Assembly (NCBI GenBank): GCA_012295275.1
Contig: CM022670.1
Location: 37,572,001-37,636,000, forward strand
Direction of reading: 5' to 3'
From: Chrysomallon squamiferum
Lineage: Eukaryota; Animalia; Mollusca
DNA length: 64,000 bases
Below are positions 30,143 to 43,935 of the stretch, one piece after another. The notes below the pieces were generated by a model that saw only the letters and a program-made list of their open reading frames with translations, was not told the origin of the DNA and did not search any database. The stretch's first letter is position 1. Each line of letters starts with the position of its first letter. The position numbers and the translations under genes are program-made.

Positions 30143-32132
30143 TTTTTTTATTATTACTATTAAAAAAAAGTATTATTTTTTATTTATTCTTGTTGTTTTG
30201 GGGTTTTTGGGGTGGAGGTGGAAATTTCAGACAGAAATGTAAAAGGTATTCTTGAAGATATGATTACAGATACATGACTGATTTGTTATTTTTATATTTC
30301 TATTTAAAGAATGATTTTTAAAAATTTATTTTTGGATCAATTTTTTCGGATTTTCATTAATGTGCACACTGACATTTTTGTTTGGTTTTGTCAAGAATGA
30401 TAATGCCATTTTTTTAAATTATTGTTATTTCCTGTATTTAGGCTTGTCCCTTTCAATTAGATGTATATACTGAGGAATGTGACGATGCAAAACTGTTGGT
30501 GTCAACTCTTGAACCAACTGATGCTCATGTAGAAGACGCAGTGTGTGAAACGGTTCTAGCAAAGGTAATCGTTATGTTTCATAGATTTTTTAATCCTTTC
30601 TGTTTACTTGTAATCCTAAACAAAAGAAATCTAATAATTATTACTGTAACTGTAAAACACACAGACACCGACCAGGTCCAGAATTTTAAGATGCATGATT
30701 TTAAAAATATTTTAAAAAATTGTTTTCTCACATGAAGTCTAATTTGTATATTTTTTTACATGTATTTTGCCATATATATATATATATTCAACAAATACTG
30801 TAGTTATTATTGTTGCTTGTCTCTAGGGTGACAGTAAAAAGGTCAAGGGAAATTCAGATCTCACACTATACAGCTATATAGGAGATGCCAGAGCAAGCCT
30901 GGTTCTCAAGAACAATGTAAGTTTATCTGTGGACATGTGATATAAACTCAGAGTACAAACTAGACGTAAAGCAATATAGTGAGAAGAACACTCGAAATCT
31001 CAATCTTTTCTAAGTCACATCAGATGTATCAAAGATGTAAAGTTATAATTAAAAATATATAATTCGCATATTTTAAATTTTACAGATCGGGTATCATGTA
31101 TTCTTCAGAACAGTTAGGTTTATTCTCCATGTCCCAAAATTACATCCCATGTTTCAGATTTGTAACATTTAAAAATTGTTAAAAATTGCTCAAACTTGAG
31201 CACAAATTTTGGATTAATGTTAAAACAGAAACATCTTTCTTAGTATGTTGCAATTTTTTCACTAAGTCTCACATCCAGATAAGTGTACGAATGTATGATC
31301 ACTGTCTCTGCTGAAACTGATTGAGCTTAAACAAATTTATATTTGACAACACAGAGTAGATTTTTATCAACAGTCCTGGTTCTGCTGTTTATATAGTTTG
31401 TAAAATAATCTGAAATGCTCTCAGAACATTGCCTCCAACAGGTAATATTTTAACCTCTGTGTTTCAGTCATCTTCACAACTCATCTGTAGAACTGGACTG
31501 CAGCAACAGTCGTAACTGTGTGAGTAACCAGAGCAAGCTTAAACATACAGTATCAGTTCCAGCCCATGCCACAGTTGTAAGTACCAAAAAATAGATCATG
31601 CCCTTTTTTATTTTTTTTTATTTTTTTTTAGTTGACCAACTGAAACAAAAATACAAACTAGACAGTCCCTCTGATCTTCAGAATCTTAGGATGTCAAAAA
31701 AAAAAAAAAACAAAAAAACATCACTAGGGTGTCTGATATTGTAAGAAAATTTTATTTAAGCATAAGGAAAACATACAAGAGTGTTGCATTGCATCAGCTC
31801 TGTTTTAATAATATAACAGTGGATATATATCTGTGGTTAAAATCTGACACCGTTTTTTTGCCAATTTTGATAGCCATCTAATTGAATTACAACAGTAATT
31901 ATTTCCATGGGTCTGAATACATTTTTAGAAGTTTGTTTATATTTTCTGTGATATTTAAAGTTTAGAATTATTATTTCAGTGTATGATACATGTATGTATG
32001 CAAGTTATTCGGATTTCATACAGCTCCTTTTGATTTGATGAATGTTTTGTTTTGCAGGTTGGTCTTCATCTCATTCCAGCTGATGAGAGATCAGAGTGGT
32101 TAGTTCAGTGTACAGAGAGGATTGTTAAATAG
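10456..32132 (+). CDS. EFCAB7: EF-hand calcium-binding domain-containing protein 7 (ciliary EvC-complex tether in vertebrates)
   Basis: Exons 10456-10612 (ECKAAYLTVF), 11148-11213 (LQQTGRNPTRRTLEKYW), 11729-11874 (EF loop DVNGDGYLSVNE), 12143-12229 (KGEKMSRDEV...DENKDGKLDYHE), 13502-13616, [array 14858-23725; 25064-25099], 27266-27354 (EPSNLQ), 27764-27899 (KWTHNASKGCFYLEEGSIMSHQY), 28104-28216, 28742-28899 (DLDAGKYKLIPFSTGCRL), 29549-29682 (IFEMVDLDGNGRLSREEF), 29910-30058, 30442-30564, 30827-30916, 31468-31576 (apparent 1-nt frameshift), 32058-32132 (stop). Motifs match my recollection of vertebrate EFCAB7 along the whole length. Confidence 0.93.
13340..13399. mobile_element. Terminal fragment of a Tigger4/MER46-like DNA transposon
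   Basis: aaatctgaaacctttccagtcccaggcattttgcataggcaatcttcaacctcta resembles the end of the 61538-61890 element. Confidence 0.5.
15117..15560. mobile_element. Non-autonomous DNA-element remnant with internal inverted repeat and TGACCTT-rich core
   Basis: ggagagatggcccaccgaatttt (~15230-15252) pairs with aaaattcggtgggccatatctcc (~15527-15549); repeated tgacctt words; GC above the intron background. Confidence 0.6.
15623..15872. repeat. Minisatellite, ~5 copies of a 50-bp unit
   Basis: atatttgttaaatgaagactaaaacacactaat.ttaaa.gatat.gttt repeated head to tail. Confidence 0.85.
21081..21137 (+). pseudogene. Array pseudo-exon: body intact, donor removed by a short deletion
   Basis: 57-nt body after taattattag is followed by ggaacactggc instead of gtaaggtgttcttctaacactggc. 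Confidence 0.8.
25064..25099 (+). CDS. EFCAB7: Candidate 36-nt phase 1-1 EFCAB7 exon, (K)RQGSRSSLISI
   Basis: Strong acceptor ggttttgattttcag, donor gtattt, open and in phase with its neighbours; GSRSSLIS resembles the array's SSRTSLQS. Confidence 0.6.
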
Positions 32133-32576
32133 TAACATTTCAGTCAGACAGACTATCTTATGTTAAATTTTAGCTTCCTTGTATTGTCTTCAATTTATGA
32201 ACACTTTTGTTGAATACAAGTCCAGGTGACACTTCTTTTGGCATAGTAATTGTAGAACTTAATAGTTAACATCTATTTCAGAGTTGTTAATAAGTTATGT
32301 AGAAAAAAATATATATATATATTTATATTTTACATTTGTAATTTATTTAAATCTGTATGATCTACTTCTCGTACAGTAATATGAACTCTGAAAAATTCAC
32401 TGGAAATTTAGTTGTTCGTTTGTCAGTTTTGATTTGTAAACTGCTAAAGAATTTGTTTGGCTAGGATAATTGTTAGAATGGTTATGTACTTCATAAACAT
32501 TGTGGAATTGTTAAGATGTAAAAAATTTGTGATTTATTTTCAACTTTTTAAAAAAAGTACCCTATTATAAATGTTT

Positions 32577-32637
<61 letters not shown>

Positions 32638-34112
32638 CATGAAAATTATAATTTTAACTACATTTTTACATCATGCATCAGTATTTTGTACATTTTTCGT
32701 AACATTTTCCCCAACATATCTAAAACCATTCTTCTAACATAAAATGTTTAAACATAATGATTCCTGTGGGAAGTGACCCACATTTGTGATGTTTTATTTA
32801 ATATTTGAATTTCTGTCCATTTTGTTTTATGAATGTTCTTAATATTTATTCCATACTTTTAAAATGGCAATACTATGTTTATTGTGATTATTTGTTGGCA
32901 CCATCCGTCCTATTTTCAATCATATAATTGTCATGTTGTATATTCTTACACATTAATAACATGACTGGGGGAGGGGGCAATACCATGAATCAGGCTATAT
33001 AAATCTGGGTATACTCCCACTGTTTGGATAGTTTAATACATTTATTTTATTATTTTTTACAAATTTTTCACTAAAAAGTATGGTATTGTATTAACTGTTC
33101 ATATGATAATAAAAAAATATATCAAAGAAGCCATTTTCTTTAATAGTTTGTCACAATATGTTGAGAATAAATATTCTGTTGTGTAATACCAAAAATGTTT
33201 TATTTATTGATCTCCATCATTCCAGTTAAACATATATGAAATAAAATTAGAATAAAAAAACATTTTTGTAGTCTTTTTTTCAGTGTTTTTGTGACTCTTT
33301 ATTTATTTATTTTTGTTGTGTTTGTTTTCAGTTATAAAGTGAATTTTCTAAGAATGAGGAATCTTTTATTTACAGTTGCTCTAAGCCTATTTATAATCAG
33401 TTTACATGGCATCCCAGATAATTGAGTGAAGAAACATACTACACTGTTTTGATTAGAAACAAAATTACTTTTAGATGGATTTCCTAAAGACAGGTATTAT
33501 CATATATCTCAGCCTTTGATAAACCAATTGGCTGGAGTGAGAAATAGTCCAAAGCACACTTTTATTTTAATGGAATTTTCAAGTAAAATGTAAAACAAAG
33601 TTTGCAATGTTAACTTGAAATGGTTTAATTAGGGATAAAATACATATAAAAACCAAGTATCCTTCAGTTTCAGTACAAACTGTTTTTAAAGATGTATAAC
33701 CAGTTTTTATTTTTAAAGTTAGAAAATAAAATAATCTATTAAAAATATAAAACAACTTATGGGCTGGAGAAGTAAAACAAAAAAATAACAATGGTACACT
33801 TACAATCCAAAACGATATTTATTTATTCTTAAATATACATGCATTCTGGAAAATATTAAATTCTTTTCAGTTTAATGAAAAGATATCATACAGGTTTTGT
33901 TAATTTAATTTATACCCATCAGTACAACATAATAATAAGATGAAAATTTTTGATCATCACAAAGAATTCATAAATAAATCTGATAATTTCATTCATTGTT
34001 TTTATCACAACTGTAATCTGCAGAAAACAAAGCAGTTTTTAATCCTCTAAACTTAAATTTCAGACATGGAAGTAAAAATATAGAATTCTATGAGATTCAT
34101 TCTATGATTTTA

Positions 34113-37100
34113 TTAAAATCCTCCAGTGTCATCTTTCAAGGCATACAACACGTCATCCTGACTCACGTTGAGTCGAACTCGGAGATTGAGATCTTTTCTG
34201 CCATGTTCGACAAGAAGCAGACGAGAACTTCCCAGTCGAGCACACATGGCAGACAACTCAGAGGCAGAAGGAGGTTCCTGTCCTGTAATATTTCAAAAAT
34301 GATTTTAATTCAAAATTTATTTTAAATTATCATAGTTAAAACAAACTGTTAATACACGGGTATAGACCCGAATATGTAAAGAAAAAAATTTAAAATTTTT
34401 AAAAAGATTATTTAAAAATTATTATTTCTCTTTTCATGATGGTATTAAATCTGTTCTGCTCAGTTCTTTAAAAAAAAACATTAAAAAAATACAGTGTTTC
34501 TAACTAATAATTTATAATAGTATACATTAACTCGCGTCTGATTGTTCTGTGACACACATAAAACAGTACATGAAGAAAATCACTTGACACTCACCACAGA
34601 AGCGACACAATGCTAGATGCTGACAACACAGTTTTGAAAACTCTGCTTCTTCAACTCCAGTTCTCTGGAACTCAGCAACAGTTGCTTGAAGAAACAACTT
34701 CTCTTGTTTTGACAGATTTCTGTTTGACATTTAAATTTTTAATAAAAACACAGGTGTAAATAATTTAAATTTTATATGTAAATTTATATGTAAAAATTTT
34801 GTATGTCAACTTTGAAATGTACATATAGATTTATATCAAAAACTTGTTGAAAAAGTGGTAAATAACAGAGAATACATTGTTGATTTAATTTTGTTTTTCT
34901 TCTATGAAAAATTTAATGTTTGTCTGAAATGTATAAATGACAGTTACAGAATATAATAACAATCATTTTATGTTAATGTTTCACTGATTTTTTTTTAATA
35001 TGAAATATCTTGTAAATATCTTGAAAGCCAGTCAGTCAGTAAATGTGTTTTCAAACACTATTCTTGGCTCTGCAAGAAAATGTGTAAGACCCTAATCAGT
35101 ACTTTTATAAAAAACACTCACCGAATTGCCACTATTTTAGGAGATGTGAACATTTCCTGCAAAGCAGTGGACACGTGCTTCATCCCAACCAGAACGGCTT
35201 TCTTTGAAACCTCAGCCTCGGACTCGGCAATTTCTACAGCTCTGCGACAGATGTCCAGAGCACGCCTAGCGTCACCCGAGACTGCTGCAACTTTTCTGGC
35301 TGCCAGCTGAATGGCATCGACGTCGAAAACCTTCAGACCAAGCATTCGAGAGGCCACAATCTCCTCCAGCTGTCGAAATGTGTATGGCTGAAATGTCATC
35401 CTGGTTAAACCCTGCAAATTACACAGTTGTAGACTCAAGGTAAAGGTGGACTTGTAATAAATACTTATTAAGTTATATAGTTATACCAGTGAGCTTTACA
35501 AATGAGTTTTTTTCCAAGTTTTTTTCAATTTTTCTGATAATATCCATTTCTCATTATATATTTGTAATAAATACATTTAAAGAAAATACTTGCATATAAT
35601 TATACCAGAAATATAGTTGTTTTTTTCCCCTGGTAATATGTATTCCATCAATATTTATTTACTGACATTTTAAAACATTTTATGTCAGGAATGGGTTTTT
35701 TTTGTATAAGGACCTGAGAAGAAAATTCATACTGATTATTATCAAGGAATTTGTTTTATGTACTTTGCAATTTGCATTAAAAAACAACATACAGTGACTG
35801 TTAGTATTAGATTAACAAGTGTAAACAAAAATACCCAAAGAATGATAGTATGGAGAATGACCATACAACCAATAATTTTTTTATATAAATACTGAAATTG
35901 CAAAATTTTTAAACCTTTCCCTTTAAAACATATTCATCAACTGATTTAAATATCTCCCTCTCTCTCTCTCACACAAACAAGCTACTGATCACCCACATGG
36001 GTTATTTTCCATTACTACTATTTTAACAAAGGCTCTGCTGTGTGCCTTGGGAAGGTGCCCATAAAGGATCTACTGTATAATAGTAGCCTATCACATAGCT
36101 TCATCTGTGACTATTTCTACTGTTCTTAGCTGTGTGTGACTACATATGAGAAACATATTCTGAGTTCATACCAGTCTGCTGGACACTCGTTTCATCATCA
36201 GTCTCTCTGGCAGGTCCATTGTGTTTGCGACGGCTAAAACAACCAGTCTGGCCTGCTGCTGGCTTGGCCAGTCGAAGATGTTGTACATCACATCTTGTTT
36301 CCTTGTCCACAGAAGATCCAACTAAAAAACATATATGTCAAAACATTTTTTTAATAATTATTGTGGATTGCAAATTTGTGTATTTTTTTTAAAAATTGGG
36401 TTCATGTCAATGTAGTATATGAATATTTTTGTTTTATTTACCAGGATTGCAGGATTTTTTAAAATTTATTTTTATTTACATATTAACTGGCAATGTTTCT
36501 ATATTAATTCAGAAAATCTGGATTATGAAATTGAAATTGCCCAAAAAAAAAAGAAAAAAAAAAAAAAAAAAAATAAAGAATTTTCATAATTAATTGGATA
36601 TTACAAGCTTGCTGAAAATTTCATAAAACTCATAGCCTTGCTTTATTTTTCTATGTGTATCAAAATATTTTTTATTGTTGTTATTTGTTTTCTTTCTTAC
36701 TATTTAATGGAGACGGCAAACTTATGAATCACAAAATATTATCTATTTAAAATTTGATGAAGGTTTTATCCGTGAATAGTTGACAAAATAAACTTTAGTG
36801 AAGTCAGTTTATCAAGTGTTAAAAAAAAAAAAATGTACACAGTGCACTAATTCCAAGTGTAAATACAGACTCAAATGTCTAACAAAAGCTGATTACCTCC
36901 TTCTTAACATTATAGTACTACACTGAAACTAACAACTTTAAAATACTCCAAAAATCTCAGCAACATTTGAAATTCTGACGACTTTTGAAAGAAACTGAGA
37001 CTATATTCTCAGACCTTAGACAAAAACTGTAAATCAATATTAATAAATAGTTTTATAGATTATGGTTTTTTTTTTTTTTTTAAATCAATCCGTATCATAA

Positions 37101-38362
37101 TTAATTCAGTAAAATATGTAATATTATGAGCTGCAAATAATTTATATCTGTGAAATTTTTCTTATTAAAATGTCCTTTTCTCATCTTAGTGTAAAAGGAA
37201 GACATTACAGAAAAATGTAACAAATATTTACCTCATCTACTAACATGACAACCGTTTCTCTTCGGCTTCCAGTATTACTGAATCTTTTTCCAAGTAGTTC
37301 TGCTGCATGGTCTGGTGTGGCTTTTTGTCCTGTTAAAGCCTGTGTCAATGAAAACAGTTGAAGATTTTGATATATTTTTGTTTCATAAGAAACGGAAAAG
37401 AAACGGAACAGCATTAAATCAGTAATATTCAACTTAATGACACTTATTAAGTACCATCGTTTAATATTATAATAATTTTTAATTAGATTAATACAATTAT
37501 GACATAAGCCTTTAATAAACCAGTAGGCTGGATTGGGAAATAGTTTAGTGGGAACTGTTCAGTTGATCTCTAATCTTTCACACCTTTGTCTATAAAAGCA
37601 CTCTTTTATTTTAAAGCCATCTTCAAGTGAAAATGTAAATGATCAAGTCTGCAATGCTTCCATTAACAACTTGTAACGATTTGAACAGAGATAAAGTAAA
37701 TATAACAACTAACTGAACAAACTGTATTTTCAAAGATGTATAACCAAGTTTTTATTTTTTTTAGTTTTATTTTAAAGTTCAAAAATAACCATAACAGTGT
37801 TTTTACTAAAATGTGGATTCATAGTATTTACCAGTTACAAAATTAGTAACAACTAAATTTTGTTTTAACCCAAAATTAAGTTTTACTATTAAGTTTTGCA
37901 AAATTATTATATGTGTGTGTGTGTGTGTGTGACACTTTTTAAAGCATGTATCAACAAACACTCTCAATATTGTTCAGAAAATTTGTCATCAATAAAATCT
38001 AGTAAGAAAACATTTAAAAACACAAGACGGTACATTTCAGTTTAACAGTTAGTATTAAGTTAGACACCTGTAGAATCTGTGTATATGCTTGTCTTGGTTC
38101 TGTCAGCTTCATCCCATTAATTTCAATGAACTTGAACTTGGCAATGTCTCCTTGTTCAACACCATTCAACAATGCTCTTGTCACCTCCTTAACTGTGGCA
38201 GTCTTGCCAGTTCCAGGAACACCAGATATGTACATACACCTGAAATTAATAACACAATAACACACATGTATATGTATACACACACACATATACAAATATA
38301 TCTGTATCTCCATATCTATATATAATTAAATATTTCTATCTACAAACACAGATAGACAGATG

Positions 38363-38454
<92 letters not shown>

Positions 38455-41400
38455 ACATGTAAGAACATCTGTACATATTAAGTATTAGATCTTGAATTAC
38501 TTAATTTTTATAAAACTAGATGAAAAACCTATCACAGGATATAAATTATATAAAGTAATACAATAACAGCACCACAGATTAATTTTATTGAAAATTTTAT
38601 GCAGTGATATAAAAATATTTAAAATAAAATGTTAAACAGTTGTAAAATAAATTTTATGTATTATTTAATCTTAATAAAATTAAAATTAAAAGAAATTTTA
38701 AAAGTGAAAGTTTTATAATTACCAATTTGTAACTGTCAGTTAAACTGCATTCATCTATTCAGTGTTTCTTATGAGCAAATTTTTCAAATTTTATGTGGAT
38801 TTTTTGTTTAAATTTTGCTTCATTTTTATAAGCAACGGCTAAGTTTTAATTTTCTGTTCTGTATTTACTGATAATTTTAAAAACTACATCATATCAAATT
38901 AGTTTTATAACATCATTTTTGTAAAGGGTAATATTAAATACTAACCCGCCAGTATTGTCATGAATTTTGCTCTCTACAAAAGAATAAATATCCTCAAATT
39001 CTGTATCTCGACAAGGGAGAGTATCTGGTACTGCTGATACATGTAAACTGAAAACAGACAGTGTATTAAAATATTATACTAACAACTAATCACAACATGT
39101 TTCAGATTATCGTAACAGTACACCTATACACAGTGTAAAAAACTAAGAGACAAAACAAAAACAGTAACAATAATAATAGAGTGAAAGTAAGCTGAAATAT
39201 AACTTTATGGTTTAAATTATTTTAGCTGAATACAAGTTTCATTCATTTTATAAATGCAATTTAGTGTTGCATGTTGATCTTTGGGTGGTTTTTTTGTACA
39301 GTTAATAAACTATTACATAATGTAATATTTTATTTAAAATTTCTTGTTTAATTCTTATTTATGTGTATAGGGTTTTTTTAGCTTTTTTTCTTCTTCTTTT
39401 TTTTCAAATATTTTGTAATCAGAACATGGAAAACACAATTCCAAAGATACAAGTGATGAACTCTACTTTGGTAAAAAAAACCTTTGCCACAAGAAAGTTT
39501 TCAAACCAACAACAGATCTGAATAGCCATAAACGACAAACAAAATGTTAGTGATATTAAAACTAGTATATTATAAAATAAAAATACCGTGATCTTGCTTC
39601 TTCAAGTGCACTGGTTGGAGACAAAAATGTCTTCTCTCTTTTCGGAATGGAAGGAGTGGCACGGCCTATCACAGAACGTCTAGACTAAAACACAGACCAA
39701 ATTTATAGTAAAATGTCACTGATACTGTGTTTTACATATGATAAACAGTCTGTTAGAATAATATGTAAATTAAGTGAAATATAGTTCCAAATTAATTGGC
39801 TTTTTAAATGCAGACAGAGATCACAAAGACTGTTAGATACTGTTTAAATACATGCTGGTATAAAAACACTAAATATTTTGAGGCACATAAAAGATATTTT
39901 TAATAAAATTTTAATCATTTAAAATACTGCAATAATAGTGTTCAGATAATTATTTTTGGGCCAAATTTATTTCTTCAGAGCTCTGCTTCAACATGTTTGG
40001 GATAAACTGATCTAACAATCCATAGTAACATACAGACCATGTGTTGAATGAATTAATGCAGTTATAAAACTATATAATGAAAGAAAACGGCATTTTAAAA
40101 GATACAAAACTGATTTTGAAAGGAAAGGACATACTTTAGAAGATCTGGATGAAGGTGTATGTGATTGTTTTGCAGTTGACTTTCTCCTGATTTAGACTTT
40201 TTATTTGATTTCATCTCTGTTGTGTCAAACACTTCAGGTTCCTCAGAGAGTTCAGATATACTGTAATCTGAGTCCAAGTCTTCATCAACAAAACTTTCAT
40301 CTTTCATACTTCTGTAATGAGTAATCAGAATAGTAACAACAGACATTTGTAAACATGAACAAAATCACAGCATAAAAAAAAAAAAAAATGGAACTGTGTG
40401 GCAGTTTTACCCAAGTTTTGTTATTTTATTCTCCATTATCAGAGAATGCCTTAAATAAAACAAAAAGATAAAATTATTTATGATATATTTGTTTTAATTT
40501 CTATTATAAAAAAATTCATTTTAAAATTGAAAGTTATAAAAACATTAGCATATAAAATTAAAACAGTTTCTGCAAATGCATTCCTGTTTATTGAAACTGT
40601 AATTACAAACATGTTTCAAATCTCATTTTAAAAAAAAAAAAAAAAAATTAACTTAAAATTTATTAAAAAAAAAAAAAAAAAACACATAAAGAAAATTTCA
40701 AAAATGCTTACCCTATTTTTAGCACTGATTTACGTTGCGACCTGCGTGAACCTGTTTCTGCTGTTGCCTGTTTTGCCACCTGGGATTCAAAGTCTTCATT
40801 AAGTCTTCTTCTAGCGGAGCAAGGCCGAGAACTGCTGTCAGGCGTGTTATTTCTGAAAGACTCATAGTGCGTGTCTGAAACTCTTCGCAATGTCACAGAC
40901 TGCACCCGAGAGCCTTGTTTTTTACTTCGAACGCTAGCTGCTCGTGTTAATTTCTTGACACTGTCGACCGCTTCAGGTTTTTTCTTGTTTCGGGGCTCTG
41001 TTTTGGACCTCTTTGTTAAAACTGAATCACCATCTTTGTCAATGGGTAAGCGTTTGATCACTGGAGTATGAGCTTCGGGCAACTGTTTTGAAACAGAATT
41101 CTTTTTGGCACTGAGTCGTGTTGAAGGTCTTGTCAATTTTTCTGGGCTTTTGTCAGTGGGAACGGTTTCTGATTTCACAGTCCGAATTGTCATTTTCATT
41201 GCATTTGCGCTTGCAGTCACTTTTTTACGAGTGCTATGATTCACCATTTCTTTGGAGGATATTTTTGGTTTTTTGACACTGCTGGTTTGGGTTTTCTTGA
41301 TGACTAATTTAGTAAATCCGTCTGTTGATGAATCTTCAGAGTAAACTGAAAAGTTACTTTCATGGTCAACATCTTTCGGTTCTGAATGTTCACTTTTGCT

Positions 41401-42507
41401 CTTTGCGTCTGATACTTCAGAGTGAAGAGAATTACTATTGCTGTCAGAATCACTTTCTTCATCTTGACTGTCACTGAGAAAACTGGTGACATCTTGAATG
41501 TTGTACCATGGGTAAACAGAATTTCCTTGCTTTGGACTTTTGAGATCTGAAAATGAAATAAAAAGATGATGAACTATTCAATGAAAATAATTTTTATACT
41601 AATTACAATATTCATATTTATACAATTTTCAAGGGTGTTTTTAATTTTGAATGCATGATTTCAGAATCTTTATATTTATCTTCCACATTAAAGTAAAAAT
41701 CGTAAAGACAATTTTTAAATTTTACTTTAAAGAAAATATAATTTTACTGTTCTCTTTTTAATTTTTTAACATTATTTTTCTTGATACTAAATTTATTTCA
41801 TTTTCTTCTTATAAATGTACACTAATCATTTTAAATTGATATCATGGAGAAAGCCAATATTACTTTAACCTAACATTTAAATTTATCAAAGTATGGATTG
41901 CAGTTAATTTCTAAATATCAGGCAAACAAATAATTTAACTGAAGCATCAACAACAGAAATAATTATCAACTATTGATGGCAGCAATGACAAGTTATAACA
42001 TTAAAAAAAATCAGTAATTAATAATATGAAAGATTCTTAGCTCTACCCTATGGAACCACAGTACATATGCAACGTAAATAAAACCAAAAAGCAAACAAAC
42101 CTATTCTGGGTGATTTTTCCGTTTTCTTTCGAATATTTCCTTGAAGTGGAATGACCGGTGACATTGTTGGTGGTGTGCTGACAGCTTTAACCTTGCCTCC
42201 TGAACTAACACCTATTCTCAGTTTTAAGTTCAAAGGTTTAACTTTGGGACTCAAACTGCACTTTTTCACACTCAAAAGAATCTTCAGAAGATCTGTGTTT
42301 CCCTGTATTTTGGTCATTACCATCAAGGTCCGCATCACGCAGTCTTTTTGAAAGAGATGACCTGTTTAATTTGACTCCATTTGAATACAGAATCCCTGGT
42401 TTTGTGCATTGTTGTACACTTTTCCTGGGTGACGATCTTATGACAGGTATGACCCTTAATTTAACATGTCTTCCTTCGTCTTCCTCTGAAATTCCATTCT
42501 CTTGCAT
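34113..42507 (-). CDS. ORC1: Origin recognition complex subunit 1 (long disordered region, AAA+ ATPase, winged helix); 5' end uncertain
   Basis: Minus-strand exons: ~42507-42101, 41546-40712, 40311-40135, 39684-39587 (TPSIPKR...LEEARSR), 39047-38946 ([17 protein letters not shown]), 38239-38068 ([16 protein letters not shown], Walker A; [10 protein letters not shown]), 37339-37232 and 36321-36172 (MLVDE|[19 protein letters not shown], Walker B; ANTMDLPER), 35411-35122 ([22 protein letters not shown]), 34719-34595, 34282-34113 ([15 protein letters not shown]...*). Confidence 0.95.
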
Positions 42508-43417
42508 TTTTGCTATCTGTAACAAAGTTCTTTCAACAGTTTCAAAATAAATTCCACTGAAAGACTTCCACACATTAAAAATGAGAAAAGCAGCACTGTG
42601 TATTTTCTGTCAGGTACATCATCTACAAAAATAAAGCTTGTTTTTAACTCTTGAAAAAGTAAAATTTTAAAAAACAATTATAATAAGTAATCACATAATA
42701 AAAACAAATTCAAAAAATTCAAATTAATGTTCAAAAACTTTTAATTTTGTTTTTCAAAACTTTATTCGTTTATCATTAATGGATGTTTTAACTGCATTCA
42801 TGAAAATTTAAATGCATTAGTGTATATTTTTAAATAATAATTATGATTTCAAGAGAAGATCAAACAGTTTACAGACTTAAATCTTATGTTTTTTAAATAT
42901 TTAAACAATTTTGAATAAAATCCAGAAAAACTTGTGATTCATCTTCCAGTGAGTTGTAACTGACATCAGATTTATTATATTTAATGAGGATTCAAAAAAA
43001 AGGTGGGGAAAACTGAAATTAAAAATAAATAATTTTAGAGTCTGATAGCTGAATTTTTTTTCTTTTTACTATTAACAAGATTTCTTATATAAAAAAAATT
43101 TTAATTTTTTTTTTTTTTTAATTAACATGTTCATAAATTGTTATCTCCTAAGCGGTAACAAGACAAAACTCTACTCATTCAACAGTCAACTAGGACATAT
43201 TCCTACTTCACTGTGTTAAGCCAACATAAATAACAACAACAACAACAACAACAATAATAAAATATAAATAAATAAATAAATATAAAAGCAATCTTTTTTC
43301 TTTTTACTTGTAAAACAAAAAAAAATAAAAAAATAAAAAACAGCCAGTTTCTGTCTCTATTTCCATTGCTTTTAATATTTCAGAAACTGTCTTGGTACTA
43401 TGATGGTTAGCACAGAT

Positions 43418-43450
<33 letters not shown>

Positions 43451-43544
43451 GTGGCTTACAAATATGCATTTTGTTGGTGTTTCACCAGGTTTGTCACACT
43501 ACTTCATGGCATCAACTAAATAAATATCTTCAATGACTGTTTGC

Positions 43545-43935
43545 AACAGGACAAGCTTTCCCTCTCACTTTGAAAATGATGGTGTATATATATGCATTCT
43601 ATAAGGACAGTAGATACTTAAGTGACTTTCGACACATGGAGAGTATAGATACTGTGATATCAGGATGTTATGATATTTAGCTGAATCTGAGAATAAGTAC
43701 CGGACACATAGAATCTTCCAAACTACTCCAGAATGGATTCTAAATCATCAAGAACATTCCAAGTTTTAAAGACTATGCTACTTCATCTTGTAAGACTATT
43801 TAGCATTCTAAGAGCTTGATATCCCCTTCCCACAATAACACTTTACCAAACCAGACTCTGGAATTTCCTGCATCTCTGCATAAACTCAACAGGAATCCTC
43901 AGAACCAAATTGAAATTATAATTAAAAACCTTTCT
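43545..43935 (+). mobile_element. Highly degenerate CR1/L2-like LINE 3' fragment in the first ORC1 intron
   Basis: Broken motifs resembling TL..MY..FIRP.MEY.D (~43567-43650) and LPN..RLWN.L (ttaccaaaccagactctggaatttcctg, ~43843-43870). Confidence 0.4.

Noticed and set aside
14630-30990. Possible Dscam-style docking sites complementary to the conserved intronic element (aagcccagtgt ~14634, aagccac ~26673, agaagaacac ~30982)
   Set aside because: Matches are 7-11 nt, imperfect or far away, and expected by chance; a covariation analysis would be needed
31468-42622. Programmed ribosomal frameshifting or pseudogene status for ORC1/EFCAB7
   Set aside because: No slippery heptamer plus structure seen; conserved domains are otherwise intact; several independent 1-nt offsets are better explained by assembly indels
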